Shown piece by piece: positions 21,011 to 29,060 of a stretch of 64,000 nucleotides of DNA. The notes below the pieces were generated by a model. That model made no database searches. It was not told where the DNA came from and saw nothing but the letters and a program-made list of their open reading frames with translations. Source of the stretch: Campylobacteraceae bacterium (GTDB lineage: Bacteria; Campylobacterota; Campylobacteria; Campylobacterales; JALSKU01); the NCBI GenBank assembly GCA_026993075.1, contig JALWUQ010000005.1, positions 1,022 through 65,021 of the forward strand, given 5' to 3'. Every line of letters begins with the position of its first letter. Positions within the stretch are counted from its first letter, which is position 1. The position numbers were made by a program, and so were the translations under genes.

Positions 21011-22647
21011 AAAATATAAAGATAAAAATTTCGGGAATGACATGTGTAGGATGTGCGAATACTATAGAGAGAGCTTTGTCGGTAAAAGGAATAGAGTATG
21101 TAAAAGTTGACTATGAAAACATGTCTGCTTTTATAAGTTTTGATGAAAATATTATAAGCGAGAGTAATATAGCTGACATCATAAACAGTGTAGGGCATTA
21201 CAAAACTGAAAGTGTTGAAGAGATTGTTGATAAGAGCATACAAAATATAAAAAATCATCTTGTCATTATCGGAGGCGGTTCTGCAGCATTTGCCGCCGCT
21301 ATACAGGCAAAAGAGTTTGGTATAAAAACTACTATGATCAATGGCGGGCTTCCTATAGGAGGGACTTGTGTCAATGTAGGGTGTGTACCGTCCAAATATC
21401 TCATAAGGGCTGCCGAAACTTTGCACAAAGCCAACAACAACCCTTTTGAAGGTATTGTATCCAGCGCAGAGGTATTGGATTTTGAAAAAATTATAAAAGA
21501 TAAAGAAAAACTTGTCTTAAACTTACAAAAAGAAAAATATATTGATATTTTAAATCAGATGGAAGAGTTTGAACTCATTGAAGATAGAGCCCAACTGCTC
21601 TCAAAAAAAGAGATAAAAGTCGGTAACAGGGTGATAAATGCTACCCATATACTCATCGCTACAGGTGCAAGTGCAATGATACCGGATATAAAAGGTTTAG
21701 ATAGTGTTGATTATCTAACGAATATTGAAGCATTTGAATTGGATAGTTTGCCTAAAACAATGATAGTTTTGGGTGGCGGATATATTGCACTGGAAATTGC
21801 TCAAATGTTTTCAAGATTTGGCAGTAAAATAACTTTGTTGCAACGCTCTAGTCAAATACTTTCAAAAGAAGAAAAAGACATCAGTGATGAATTGATAAAA
21901 CATTTTGAAAACGAAGGGATAGAGGTTGTTACAGATAATAATATACAAAATATCTATCAAAAAGATGATCAGGTAGAGGTTACAACACAGATAAAAGATA
22001 AAATAAGAAAATATAGTGCAAAAAAGTTAGTCGTTGCAACCGGAAGAGTGCCAAATACTCTTGGTCTCAGGCTTGATAGTGCCGGTGTAAAAATAGAACA
22101 AAACGGATCTGTGTCAGTAAATGAGTTTATGCAAACAAATATTCCAAATATTTACGCAGCCGGAGATGTCATCGGAAAAAATATGTTTGTCTATACGGCT
22201 GCATATGAGGCAAAGCTTGCCGTTATCAATATGTTTTCTCAAAATAAGCAGCCGGCTGATTTTGAGGTTGTACCATGGGTGGTTTTTACTGATCCTCAAG
22301 TTGCAGGTGTTGGAATGGATGAAAAAGAGGCGAAACAAAAAGGTATCGATTATGATGTAGCCGTTTTACCTTTGAGCTATGTTCCAAGATCCATAGCGGC
22401 AAAAGATACACGAGGTTTTATAAAACTTATAAGAGACAAAGAAAATGATATACTTGTAGGTGCTCGCATAGTCTCTCCCGAGGGTTCTGAACTGTTAATG
22501 GAAGTTTCTATGGCTATTAAGTTTGGTATCAAAGTTTCCAAGATAAGAGATATGCTTCATCCGTATTTGACGCTCTCTGAGGGCATCAAACTGGCAACTA
22601 TAACATTTGATAAAAGTGTTAAGTCACTTAGCTGTTGTGCAACATAA
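21007..22647 (+). CDS. merA: Mercuric reductase MerA with N-terminal HMA (NmerA) domain
   Basis: N-terminal GMTCVGC HMA domain, FAD-disulfide active site GGTCVNVGCVPSK, and the C-terminal Cys pair (LSCCAT). I prefer the ATG at 21007 (aagga SD, ATGA overlap with the arsR stop) over 20989. Confidence 0.9.
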   Translation: MKNIKIKISGMTCVGCANTIERALSVKGIEYVKVDYENMSAFISFDENIISESNIADIINSVGHYKTESVEEIVDKSIQNIKNHLVIIGGGSAAFAAAIQAKEFGIKTTMINGGLPIGGTCVNVGCVPSKYLIRAAETLHKANNNPFEGIVSSAEVLDFEKIIKDKEKLVLNLQKEKYIDILNQMEEFELIEDRAQLLSKKEIKVGNRVINATHILIATGASAMIPDIKGLDSVDYLTNIEAFELDSLPKTMIVLGGGYIALEIAQMFSRFGSKITLLQRSSQILSKEEKDISDELIKHFENEGIEVVTDNNIQNIYQKDDQVEVTTQIKDKIRKYSAKKLVVATGRVPNTLGLRLDSAGVKIEQNGSVSVNEFMQTNIPNIYAAGDVIGKNMFVYTAAYEAKLAVINMFSQNKQPADFEVVPWVVFTDPQVAGVGMDEKEAKQKGIDYDVAVLPLSYVPRSIAAKDTRGFIKLIRDKENDILVGARIVSPEGSELLMEVSMAIKFGIKVSKIRDMLHPYLTLSEGIKLATITFDKSVKSLSCCAT

Positions 22648-22720
22648 AAATGTTTTATAAAATTTTGGATACTCCAAAAAGTAATTATTTATAATTTCTT
22701 ATGATCTGATATCTCAAAGT

Positions 22721-23002
22721 GTGAGAAACATATCATCTTTGCTTCTTATGACTTTTGCATTTGCTTTGATGCTTTTTTGGTTGAGTCTGAAAAGTTTGAG
22801 CCATATATCAAAGAAATACTACGATAAAATACAAAATAAGTTGAAATTTTTGTTATTTAATCTTTATATTGATATTGATGCTGTGGGATATATAACATCA
22901 CTTGCTCGATCAATTTTTGGGTATTTACAAGTTGGAGTTTACTGCAAATATATTTTCAAAAGGACATATACCACCTATTTGGGCTATGAAAATGACAAAT
23001 AA
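22721..23002 (+). CDS. Hypothetical 93-aa ORF (doubtful)
   Basis: GTG start without an SD, one N-terminal hydrophobic segment, no recognisable family. It lies in the 435-nt gap after merA. Confidence 0.2.
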   Translation: MRNISSLLLMTFAFALMLFWLSLKSLSHISKKYYDKIQNKLKFLLFNLYIDIDAVGYITSLARSIFGYLQVGVYCKYIFKRTYTTYLGYENDK

Positions 23003-23082
23003 AATTATTGACATGGTTTGGGCATAAATCTTATGGTATAATACAGATATTCATCATATAAAAGAATATTTTAGGAAAAGTT

Positions 23083-24882
23083 ATGACAGTAGTATCAGAT
23101 ATGAATTGTTTGTTATTTGAGGGACTCCCTTTAGAGGAAGTACCTGTAACTTTCAAACAGTATAATGATATTTTAAATATACAAAAAACGATTTTTAAAA
23201 TGATAGCGAGAAGAGAAGATTATCATATTATTTTAGATAAGCTTTGCAAAATGGCTGAATCTCTTTTGTCAAATGCTGTGGCATCCATTATGATAAGAGA
23301 CAGTAAAACGGGATTATTAAATGTTTTAAGTGCTCCTTCTCTTTCCAAAGAGGGTATAAGAGTTTTGAATGGATTAAGACCCGGCAAAACTACAGGCTCC
23401 TGCGGCAATGCCATATACAGTAATAAACCTCATTTTGTAAAAGATACTTTTCATGACGAAAGATGGAGCGATATAAGGCAGGTTGCCTATGATTTTAATA
23501 TTTGTGCCTGCTGGTCTATACCTGTAAGAGATAAAAACGGTACAGCTGTGGGAACATTTGCTCTTTCATCATTTGAGCATCGAAGCCCCTCTTATTATCA
23601 TAAAATTATTCTTGAAACGATATCCGAGATCATCAGTATAATCCTTGAGAATAAAACAGTAGATCAAAAGATAAATAATATGTCAAATTTTGATATTTTA
23701 ACAGGAATACAAAATAAACACTCTTTAGATGAAACTCTCAATAATAGAGAAAAAGATTTTTCTTTGATACAAATGGATTTAAATAATATAAGTTATATAA
23801 ATTCAGCATACGGTTTTGGATTTGGAGATAAGCTTTTAAAAGAAATAGCATATATACTTTCAACTAAATTTGATGCTTTTAAGACATTTAGAATCAGTTC
23901 TGATGAATTTATACTTTTGTATAAAAAAGAGAAAAATATAATTGATTATATAAAAAAATTACAAGAATATTTTTATAATCACTCCTTGGATATTAATGGT
24001 GTTATTTTGAATGTATCTTTTAACTATGGTGCTTGCGTAATGAGTAAAAATTTACTTGAAAAGGCATCTTGGTCATTAAAATATTCAAAAGATATAGGTA
24101 AAAATAGATATTATATATATAATGAAAAGCAAGACAGAGTCAAACAAAAAGAGAAAAACAGATTTATAGCAATAAACCAACTATTGCATAAAGCTATAAA
24201 ATCAGATCAAATTATACCATTTTTTCAAGGAATTAGAGATAATCAAACAGGAAATATTAATAAATATGAAGCTTTGGTCAGAATAGAAACAAATGATCAC
24301 ATCTTATCTCCGATAGAGTTTTTAGATGTTGCTGCTCTTTCGGGATTGTTGCCAGAAATTACCAAGATAATGATAGATAAAAGTTTTAAAATTATGCAAA
24401 ATAAAGATTATGAATTTTCTATAAATATAACTGAAGATGATTTAAATAGAAATTATTTAATACAGTATCTTGGGGAAAAATCAAAAGAGTATAATATAAC
24501 TCCTAAAAGGGTTGCATTGGAAATACTTGAAGGCATTAGTCAATTTGGAAAAAATTCTCATATTGTGCAACTCAAAGAATTAAAAGCAAATGGATATTGT
24601 CTTGCTTTGGATGATTTTGGAATAGAATATTCAAATTTTGAAAGAGTTTTAGATCTTGATATAGATGTATTGAAAATTGATGCAAAATATATAAAAAATA
24701 TTGATAAAGATAAAAAGAGTTATGAAATAGCAAAATCAATCGCATATTTTGCTAAAAATGCAGGGATTACCTGTGTTGCAGAGTTTGTGCATTCCAATGA
24801 AGTTCAAAAAAAGGTTGAAGAGCTTGGGATAGGCTTCTCTCAAGGATTTTATTTTAGTGAACCAAAAAAAATAAAAAGTTAA
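23083..24882 (+). CDS. GAF - degenerate GGDEF - EAL signalling protein (probable c-di-GMP phosphodiesterase)
   Basis: N-terminal GAF-like domain (GSCGNAIYSNKPHFVKD). The GGDEF position reads SSDEF. The EAL domain has YEALVR, DDFG, KID and QGF motifs intact. Confidence 0.8.
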   Translation: MTVVSDMNCLLFEGLPLEEVPVTFKQYNDILNIQKTIFKMIARREDYHIILDKLCKMAESLLSNAVASIMIRDSKTGLLNVLSAPSLSKEGIRVLNGLRPGKTTGSCGNAIYSNKPHFVKDTFHDERWSDIRQVAYDFNICACWSIPVRDKNGTAVGTFALSSFEHRSPSYYHKIILETISEIISIILENKTVDQKINNMSNFDILTGIQNKHSLDETLNNREKDFSLIQMDLNNISYINSAYGFGFGDKLLKEIAYILSTKFDAFKTFRISSDEFILLYKKEKNIIDYIKKLQEYFYNHSLDINGVILNVSFNYGACVMSKNLLEKASWSLKYSKDIGKNRYYIYNEKQDRVKQKEKNRFIAINQLLHKAIKSDQIIPFFQGIRDNQTGNINKYEALVRIETNDHILSPIEFLDVAALSGLLPEITKIMIDKSFKIMQNKDYEFSINITEDDLNRNYLIQYLGEKSKEYNITPKRVALEILEGISQFGKNSHIVQLKELKANGYCLALDDFGIEYSNFERVLDLDIDVLKIDAKYIKNIDKDKKSYEIAKSIAYFAKNAGITCVAEFVHSNEVQKKVEELGIGFSQGFYFSEPKKIKS

Positions 24883-24962
24883 AGTTTATATAGGATATAT
24901 TTAGTCTTATTTAAGGAAGAAGATAGTATAAATCATTAAAATAAATATAAAAAGGTTTTGTT

Positions 24963-25298
24963 ATGATTTTTAATGATGAAGAGATATATAAAGCTGTGGT
25001 TTATTATCTCCCTGAAGTAAATGAATATGTAAAATCACATGGAGGCAAAATAAAACTTTTAGGAGTTAAAGACGGTACTGTTTATATTAAATTAACAGGA
25101 AGTTGCCAGGGGTGTTCTATGAGTTTAATGACTACTAAAATGGTTGTTCAAAAAAGCCTTAGAGGATATATTCATCCTGAACTTAATGTTATAAATGTTG
25201 ATGGTATGCCTGAAAATAAACTTCCCGAAGAGTTTTATGCTGAAGAAGAAGAAAAAAATACAATACTTGGAAAAGTTAGTAAAATATTTAAAAGGTAA
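24963..25298 (+). CDS. Nfu/NifU C-terminal-domain Fe-S cluster protein
   Basis: 111 aa with HGGKIKLLGVKDGTVYIKLTGSCQGCSMS (Nfu CxxC motif). Confidence 0.8.
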   Translation: MIFNDEEIYKAVVYYLPEVNEYVKSHGGKIKLLGVKDGTVYIKLTGSCQGCSMSLMTTKMVVQKSLRGYIHPELNVINVDGMPENKLPEEFYAEEEEKNTILGKVSKIFKR

Positions 25299-25302
25299 TG
25301 TA

Positions 25303-25767
25303 ATGGAAGAAAATGAAGAAATAATACCGGAAGTGAATGATATTATTTTAGAGCATTTAATGAATCCTCGAAATTATGGGCAGATAGATAATTGTGGATG
25401 TTGTGGAATAGGATATGATGATAAAAGTGGTGAATTTGTGATAGTTTATATGAATATCGAAGATGACACTATAAGTGATATCAAATTTTCTGCGCAAGCT
25501 TGCCAGGATACTATTGTAGCTGGTTCTATGTTTACTGAAATGGTAATAGGTGATAAGTTGGCAAATGGTGCCAAATCAGCCTTATTCGTAAGAGATAAGA
25601 TAAAAGAAGCACCATTAAAACAAAGAGCTTGCACATCACTTGTGATAACTGCTTTTGAAGCATGTATGAAAAACTATGAAAACAGAGCTTTGGGTATCGA
25701 TGAAGAGTTGCATAAAACAAAAATACAAGAGAGTTGTGAAATAAAAGAGGAGAAACAACATGGATAA
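25303..25767 (+). CDS. IscU/NifU N-terminal-like scaffold domain protein
   Basis: 154 aa from the ATG at 25303, just after the nfu stop. The three scaffold Cys positions are present (NCGCCGIGYD, AQACQD, RACTSL). The listed ORF start at 25195 overlaps nfu. Confidence 0.7.
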   Translation: MEENEEIIPEVNDIILEHLMNPRNYGQIDNCGCCGIGYDDKSGEFVIVYMNIEDDTISDIKFSAQACQDTIVAGSMFTEMVIGDKLANGAKSALFVRDKIKEAPLKQRACTSLVITAFEACMKNYENRALGIDEELHKTKIQESCEIKEEKQHG

Positions 25768-26569
25768 AATTTACAAAAACAAGCATGAACTTTGGCTAAA
25801 AGTTTTATTTTCATCTTTTGCAGTTAAAAATACGAGTATCAAAGGTAAATTGTATGATTTTTCACAAATATTGTTTAGACATTTAAAATGGATTTCATCT
25901 CGAAATAAAATTTTAAATATTGAATATAATTATGACAAAAGTAATATAGATATCCAAAAAAAGAGTAATTTTGATTTTTTCAACTTTTTAATTGATGAAA
26001 TAAGAAAAACTTCATCTTTATATCAAAATGAAGAACTTTTTGACAGGATTAAAAATGATGAAAATTATATAGTATTTTATTTACAAAATCTTTTAAAAGA
26101 TAATAGCAATGATCAACCAATAGAGGCATTTAATAAAAAAAGAATTTACGAAAACAAAGTGTTATCAAAAGCATCAACAGATGCGTTGACACTATTTTTA
26201 TTTGAAGAGACTTATAAAGAGTATGAACTTATCATGGTTTACTCATATATGCAAAATTATACCAAAAGTATCAAAGAATATGCAATATATCAAGATTTGG
26301 TTGATGAGTCACTTTTTCATTTAAAATCATTTGGAAATATGCTTGCAAAAATGGGAATTCTATCTATCCCACGAGTTATCACAGAAAGTATTTATAAAGT
26401 TACCAATATAAATAAATTTATAAATGATGGCATCAAGGAAGAGGAAGCTGCGAAAGAAGAGTGCGTAAAACTGGCTTCAATGGTTGATGATATTGAACTT
26501 AGTAAATTTTTTGAATTTATAAATTTTCAAGAAAATTATCACATAGAATTAATGAAAAAGCTATTGTAG
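25760..26569 (+). CDS. Hypothetical protein, possibly ferritin-like helical bundle in the C-terminal half
   Basis: 269 aa, overlapping the iscU-like stop by 8 nt. Glu/His-containing helices (EETYKEYE, DESLFH, QENYHIE) only loosely resemble a di-iron bundle. Confidence 0.55.
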   Translation: MDKIYKNKHELWLKVLFSSFAVKNTSIKGKLYDFSQILFRHLKWISSRNKILNIEYNYDKSNIDIQKKSNFDFFNFLIDEIRKTSSLYQNEELFDRIKNDENYIVFYLQNLLKDNSNDQPIEAFNKKRIYENKVLSKASTDALTLFLFEETYKEYELIMVYSYMQNYTKSIKEYAIYQDLVDESLFHLKSFGNMLAKMGILSIPRVITESIYKVTNINKFINDGIKEEEAAKEECVKLASMVDDIELSKFFEFINFQENYHIELMKKLL

Positions 26570-26573
26570 CTTT

Positions 26574-26789
26574 TCATGCATAAATATCTAAAAAACTTGT
26601 ATTATCTGTAAGTTTCGTATTATTTGTTTGCGCTTTCAACTCATTAGAATTTATATTTTGGGTATTTTGTTCTTTTGAGATAGAGATATTTTCCTGATTG
26701 TTGCTGTTTTGTTTTGTTGTGTATTCTGGCATACCCATTTGAATCTGGTTTGGATAGGGTGATCTGAATATATAATTTGTAACTTCCAT
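26574..26789 (-). CDS. Small Q/N/T-rich hypothetical protein (71 aa)
   Basis: A strong SD (aaggag) sits 7 nt upstream of the ATG on the minus strand. Low-complexity polar sequence with no recognised family. Confidence 0.5.
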   Translation of the reverse strand: MEVTNYIFRSPYPNQIQMGMPEYTTKQNSNNQENISISKEQNTQNINSNELKAQTNNTKLTDNTSFLDIYA

Positions 26790-26935
26790 ATCAATCTCCT
26801 TTTTAAGTAACTGACCTTGTGTATTATAGCATAAATCAAATTTATATAAAAATCACAGCTTCGCATTAAATCTAAATATCTGTATAAAAATAAGCCAATT
26901 TTGGGTATAATAAGAGAATATTTTTAAGGATTTAT

Positions 26936-27136
26936 ATGAAGATAAACGACTTTGAAAAAAAGATAGAAAAATCAAAAGAAATTTTAGATAAATTGATGGA
27001 TCCTGAAATTTCTTTGGATAACAGTATGAAGTTATATAAAGAGGGTATCAAGGAACTAAAAGAGGCAAATAAAATGCTTGAACTTGCAAAATTAGAGTTT
27101 GAAGAACTTTCCGGTGATACCAAGGCTAAAGAGTGA
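26936..27136 (+). CDS. xseB: Exodeoxyribonuclease VII small subunit
   Basis: 66 aa with FEKKIEKSKEILDKL...SLDNSMKLYKEGIKELK, typical of XseB. Confidence 0.85.
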   Translation: MKINDFEKKIEKSKEILDKLMDPEISLDNSMKLYKEGIKELKEANKMLELAKLEFEELSGDTKAKE

Positions 27137-27930
27137 ATGTAGTCGCACTCCAACTCTCAACTCTTCCTATGAGTAAGGCTAAGCTGGATTATTATCTTAA
27201 TATTTGCAAAAAAAGAGATGTTTCATTGGTATTATTAGGTGAATATAATTTAAATAGTTTTTTTAAAGAGTTGGAGTCTATGCCAAAACTTATGATTAAA
27301 AAACAGTCAACCCATAAGATAAATATATTAAAAGAGTTGGCAAAAGAGTACAACTTGATTATTGTGGCACCGATTATAATTTTTAAAAAAGATAAAATGT
27401 ATAAAACGATTGCAAGATTTACTCCAAAAACTACACACTTTCAAAATCAACAATACCTTATAAATTATAAACACTGGAATGAAGAGAAGTTTTTTGATAA
27501 TGAAATTTCCAATGAATATTCTCCAATGATATTTACAATAAATGGTATGAAAATAGCAGCTATGAATGGATTTGAGCTTCATTTTGATAATATTTGGTTA
27601 GAAATTTTGAAAAAAAAAGTTGATCTGGTTTTATTGCCTACTGTAAGTACCTTTGGCTCAGAACAAAGGTGGAGTGAGCTTATAAAAGCAAGAGCATTTT
27701 TAAATGGAGCTTTTATTTTAAGAGCCAATCGTATCGGAGAATATACAGATAAGGAGATATCCTGGAAATTTTACGGAGAGAGTTATCTGGTATATCCAAA
27801 TGGAGAAATCCATAATATTTTAGGATCTAAAGAAGAGATGCTTATAGCTCAAATTGATAAAAGTATATCAAAAGATGTAAAAAGAGATTGGGGATTTGGT
27901 GCTCAAATTACAAAAAGAGAAAAATTATGA
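27133..27930 (+). CDS. Carbon-nitrogen hydrolase family protein
   Basis: 265 aa with CN-hydrolase-like layout. The GTG start overlaps the xseB stop (GTGA). Confidence 0.6.
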   Translation: MNVVALQLSTLPMSKAKLDYYLNICKKRDVSLVLLGEYNLNSFFKELESMPKLMIKKQSTHKINILKELAKEYNLIIVAPIIIFKKDKMYKTIARFTPKTTHFQNQQYLINYKHWNEEKFFDNEISNEYSPMIFTINGMKIAAMNGFELHFDNIWLEILKKKVDLVLLPTVSTFGSEQRWSELIKARAFLNGAFILRANRIGEYTDKEISWKFYGESYLVYPNGEIHNILGSKEEMLIAQIDKSISKDVKRDWGFGAQITKREKL

Positions 27931-29060
27931 TTCAATTTAATGAATATCCTTTTGAGAAGTTAAATAAGCTTTTAAAAAATATTAAAGCAAATGATAATTA
28001 CGAACCACTTAGTCTTACTATAGGCGAACCACAGTTTCAAACGCCACTTTTTATCCAAAAAAAGCTTAAAGAGAGTGCTGTATATTTAAACAAATATGCA
28101 AAAACTTCCGGAGAAGAATTTTTAAAAGATTCTATGATAAAATTTGTAAAAAAGAGATTTGGTGTAGTGCTTCAAAAAAGTGAGATTATTCCTACTTTTG
28201 GAACGCGAGAAGTGCTTTTTAATTTTCCGCAGTTTTTTCTACATGATAAAGAAAATCCTGTTATAGCATATACAAATCCTTTTTATCAAATATACGAAGG
28301 TGCTGCTATGGCAGCAAAAGCTAAAAGTATTTATATAAATCTTACTAAAGAAAATAGCTATAAACCTATAATAAATGAGAATGATTTGAAAAAAACAGAT
28401 TTGGTGATACTTAATTTTCCAAACAATCCAACAGCCTCTACTATGAGTATTGATGATTATAAGCCATGGATAGAATTGGCACTAAAATATGATTTTACTC
28501 TTTTAAATGATGAGTGCTACAGTGAGATTTATATAAAAAAGCAGCCATCTCTTTTAGAGGCTTCTTTATCTTTTGGCAATGATAAATTTAAAAACATTCT
28601 AATTCTTAATTCAATATCTAAAAGAAGTTCCTCGCCGGGACTTAGAAGTGGTTTTATAGCTGGAGATAAAGAGATATTAAGTGGTTATACAAAATACAGA
28701 ACATATACCGGATGTGCGGTACCGCTTCCTTTACAACATGCTGCAGCAGTCGCATGGAGTGATGAAAAACATGTTGAGGAAAACAGACAAAAATATAGAA
28801 AGAATTTTGAAATTGCAAAAAAGATTTTAAATATTGATATACCAGAGGCTACATTTTATATATGGCTTGAAGTTGATAATGATATTGAGTTTACAAAAAG
28901 ATTGTATAAAGAAAAAAATGTAAAAGTAATCCCGGGTAGTTTTCTCTCAAGAGACAATCAAGGCAAAACAAATGTAAGAATTGCTTTGGTAGAAGATGAA
29001 GAAAAAACCAAAGAAGCCCTAACAAGAGTGGCTGAAATTTTAAAGGAAAGAGTTGAATAA
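27927..29060 (+). CDS. Class I/II PLP aminotransferase (DapC-like)
   Basis: 377 aa from the ATG at 27927 (ATGA overlap with the upstream stop). PLP-lysine motif SKRSSSPGLRSGF. The listed start at 27888 lies inside the upstream gene. Confidence 0.75.
   Translation: MIQFNEYPFEKLNKLLKNIKANDNYEPLSLTIGEPQFQTPLFIQKKLKESAVYLNKYAKTSGEEFLKDSMIKFVKKRFGVVLQKSEIIPTFGTREVLFNFPQFFLHDKENPVIAYTNPFYQIYEGAAMAAKAKSIYINLTKENSYKPIINENDLKKTDLVILNFPNNPTASTMSIDDYKPWIELALKYDFTLLNDECYSEIYIKKQPSLLEASLSFGNDKFKNILILNSISKRSSSPGLRSGFIAGDKEILSGYTKYRTYTGCAVPLPLQHAAAVAWSDEKHVEENRQKYRKNFEIAKKILNIDIPEATFYIWLEVDNDIEFTKRLYKEKNVKVIPGSFLSRDNQGKTNVRIALVEDEEKTKEALTRVAEILKERVE

Noticed and set aside
25195-25302. N-terminal extensions of listed ORFs: 25195, 27888, 30282, 33468, 6221, 12351, 20989, 50157, 63731, 4778 (minus strand), and 61505 on the minus strand.
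   Set aside because: Each extension overlaps the preceding gene or contains the SD of a better internal start. The internal starts give N-termini that match the known protein families.
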